Origin: Sedimentisphaerales bacterium
Lineage (GTDB): Bacteria; Planctomycetota; Phycisphaerae; Sedimentisphaerales; SM23-30
NCBI GenBank assembly: GCA_963663805.2
Contig: CAXXMR010000002.1
Location: forward strand, 96,001-160,000
Length of the DNA: 64,000 bases
Direction: 5' to 3'
Below the pieces are notes generated by a model. The model was not told the origin of the DNA and made no database searches. It saw only the letters and a list, made by a program, of their open reading frames with translations. Shown here one piece after another: positions 62,358-64,000 of this stretch (its first letter is position 1; every line of letters begins with the position of its first letter). The translations under genes were made by a program, and so were the position numbers.

Positions 62358-62402
62358 AATGAAGTGTCGCGGCTGAAGCGGTCGCGGCACTTCGTTTTTT
62401 TT
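62358..62402 (+). terminator. Rho-independent terminator after groEL copy 2
   Basis: GAAGTGTCGCGGC / GTCGCGGCACTTC stem followed by a T run. Confidence 0.8.
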
Positions 62403-62434
62403 GTGGATGTCATGGTTAAGCTGGAGTTTGTTTG

Positions 62435-63568
62435 ATGGCGGCCAAGCGTGATTATTACGAGGTTTTGGGGGTCAAGCGTGATGCTTCGGCTGATGACATC
62501 AAGCGTTCGTATCGTCGGCTGGCGATGAAGTATCACCCGGACAAGAATCCGGGCGACAAGGAAGCGGAGCAGAAGTTCAAGGAATGCGCCGAGGCTTATG
62601 AGGTTTTGAGCGACACGGCCAAGCGTCAGCGTTATGACCAGTACGGCCATGACGGTTTGCGCGGGGCGGGTATGCATGACTTCAATCACATGGGCATGGA
62701 CGATATATTCAGCATGTTCGATGATATTTTCGGGGGGCGTCGTCGCAGCGGCGGCACCCGGCGGGGAGTCAGTCGCGGTTACGACATTGAAACTCAAATC
62801 GAGATTAAGCTGAAAGATGTTTTGACGGGTGTGGAAAAGGAAATCGAATTTGAACGGAGGGATATTTGCGGACACTGTTCGGGCAGTGGTTCGGAGCCGG
62901 GTCATCCGCCGCAGGTGTGTGTGCAATGTGGTGGTCAGGGCCAGGTTCAGCAGGCCGGCATGGGGGGGCTGTTTCGGATGGTGACAACTTGTCCACGTTG
63001 CGGCGGGCAGGGCAAGACGATTGTCAAGCCGTGCAGTAAATGTCAAGGCACGGGCAGAGAAAGCAAGAAACGCCGAGTTAGTCTGAAGATGCCTGCCGGA
63101 ATTAGGGACGGTCAGGCGGTACGGGTGCATGGCGAAGGTGAACCGGGCCAGGGAGGCGGGCCCGCGGGTGATTTATATTGTTATGTGAAAGTTGCCGAGC
63201 ATCCGTTTTTAATGCGAAACGATGATGATTTGGTGGCGCGGGTGCCGATTAGTTTTACGCAGGCGGCATTGGGTGCCAAGATCGAAGTTCCTTCACTGAA
63301 CGGTCGGCAGGAAGTTGAAATCGAGGCGGGCACGCAGCATGGAGCGATTATCCAGATGCGGGGCCAGGGGCTGCCGAATATTCAGAGTGGGCGGCGGGGT
63401 TCGCTGCTGGTACAGGTGCTGGTGGAGATACCGAAGAAACTCAACAAAGAACAGAAAAATATTCTGCGGGATTTTGCCAAGACCGAAGATAAATCGGTTA
63501 TGCCGGAAAGTAAAGGTTTCTTTGAACGTTTGAAGGAACATTTCACGGCGGAAAATCATCATCATTAA
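62435..63568 (+). CDS. dnaJ: Chaperone DnaJ
   Basis: J domain with HPD, G/F region, four CxxCxGxG repeats. Confidence 0.98.
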   Translation: MAAKRDYYEVLGVKRDASADDIKRSYRRLAMKYHPDKNPGDKEAEQKFKECAEAYEVLSDTAKRQRYDQYGHDGLRGAGMHDFNHMGMDDIFSMFDDIFGGRRRSGGTRRGVSRGYDIETQIEIKLKDVLTGVEKEIEFERRDICGHCSGSGSEPGHPPQVCVQCGGQGQVQQAGMGGLFRMVTTCPRCGGQGKTIVKPCSKCQGTGRESKKRRVSLKMPAGIRDGQAVRVHGEGEPGQGGGPAGDLYCYVKVAEHPFLMRNDDDLVARVPISFTQAALGAKIEVPSLNGRQEVEIEAGTQHGAIIQMRGQGLPNIQSGRRGSLLVQVLVEIPKKLNKEQKNILRDFAKTEDKSVMPESKGFFERLKEHFTAENHHH

Positions 63569-63599
63569 ACAGCTAGTTTATATTTAACGGATTTTAGTA

Positions 63600-64000
63600 A
63601 TGGCTGGAAAAAAGAATAAGAATGACCAGGGAAATAACGAAGCTGAGCTGAATCAGGAGCAAACCGAGTCTACTGAAACTACCGAGGCCGACGCTGAGCC
63701 GCAAGCCAAAACACCTGAGCAGGAGCTGGGGGAGGTTAAGGCTATGCTTCAGCGTGTCGCGGCGGATTATCAGAATTATCAGAAGCGGATGAACCGGCAG
63801 CTCGAACAGACGCGGCAGTTGGCCCAGGAGGGGATTTTGCGTTCGCTGCTGGCGGTGATGGATAATCTGGACCATACGCTGGAGAAAGGTAAGGAAGCAC
63901 CGGATGCGATTACCGTTTTGCAGGGTGTGCAGATTATTTCCGACCAGTTCAAAGATGTACTCAAAGGGTTCGGTATGACTCGCATTGCGGTTAAGCCCGG
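63600..64000 (+). CDS. grpE: Nucleotide exchange factor GrpE (partial, runs off window)
   Basis: Translated by hand from ATG 63600: acidic N-terminus, LQRVAADYQNYQKR, LLAVMDNLDH, QGVQII. Confidence 0.92.
   Translation, partial: MAGKKNKNDQGNNEAELNQEQTESTETTEADAEPQAKTPEQELGEVKAMLQRVAADYQNYQKRMNRQLEQTRQLAQEGILRSLLAVMDNLDHTLEKGKEAPDAITVLQGVQIISDQFKDVLKGFGMTRIAVKP

Noticed and set aside
61179..63130. Long minus-strand ORFs (403 aa and 322 aa)
   Set aside because: Antisense shadows of groEL and dnaJ with no recognisable motifs.

Overview
Bacterial chromosomal window, most likely a planctomycete of the Phycisphaerae type. This is inferred from the DUF1549/1553-DUF1501-PPC block, dockerin-like C-termini and the groEL-groES-groEL-dnaJ-grpE order. 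Left end: housekeeping genes (two nucleoside hydrolase paralogs, a DEAD-box helicase, a Cys/Met PLP enzyme, an orphan TraT lipoprotein, a hydrolase). About 7.9-32.9 kb: a minus-strand Wzx/Wzy-type surface polysaccharide locus headed by a NusG/UpxY-type antiterminator. It is interrupted by an intact IS4 element (26-bp IRs, 9-bp target duplication), a protease-dockerin gene, an MNT-HEPN pair, a doubly deleted wecB remnant, and a cassette of a cytoplasmic FN3 protein plus a 12 x 21-bp array with palindromes phased every 42 bp. That cassette is the best candidate for an undescribed system. Then a planctomycete DUF cluster, an MFS-HEAT fusion, tRNA-Gln(CTG), a gltX with an HTH-like insertion, a sensor kinase pair, a metal ABC transporter and a chaperone operon with a sigma54-type promoter. 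Intergenic gaps from 21.7 to 50.6 kb carry modular, co-oriented REP-like repeats, and GC skew flips twice independently of gene direction. All family calls come from motif recognition by eye; no database searches were run.
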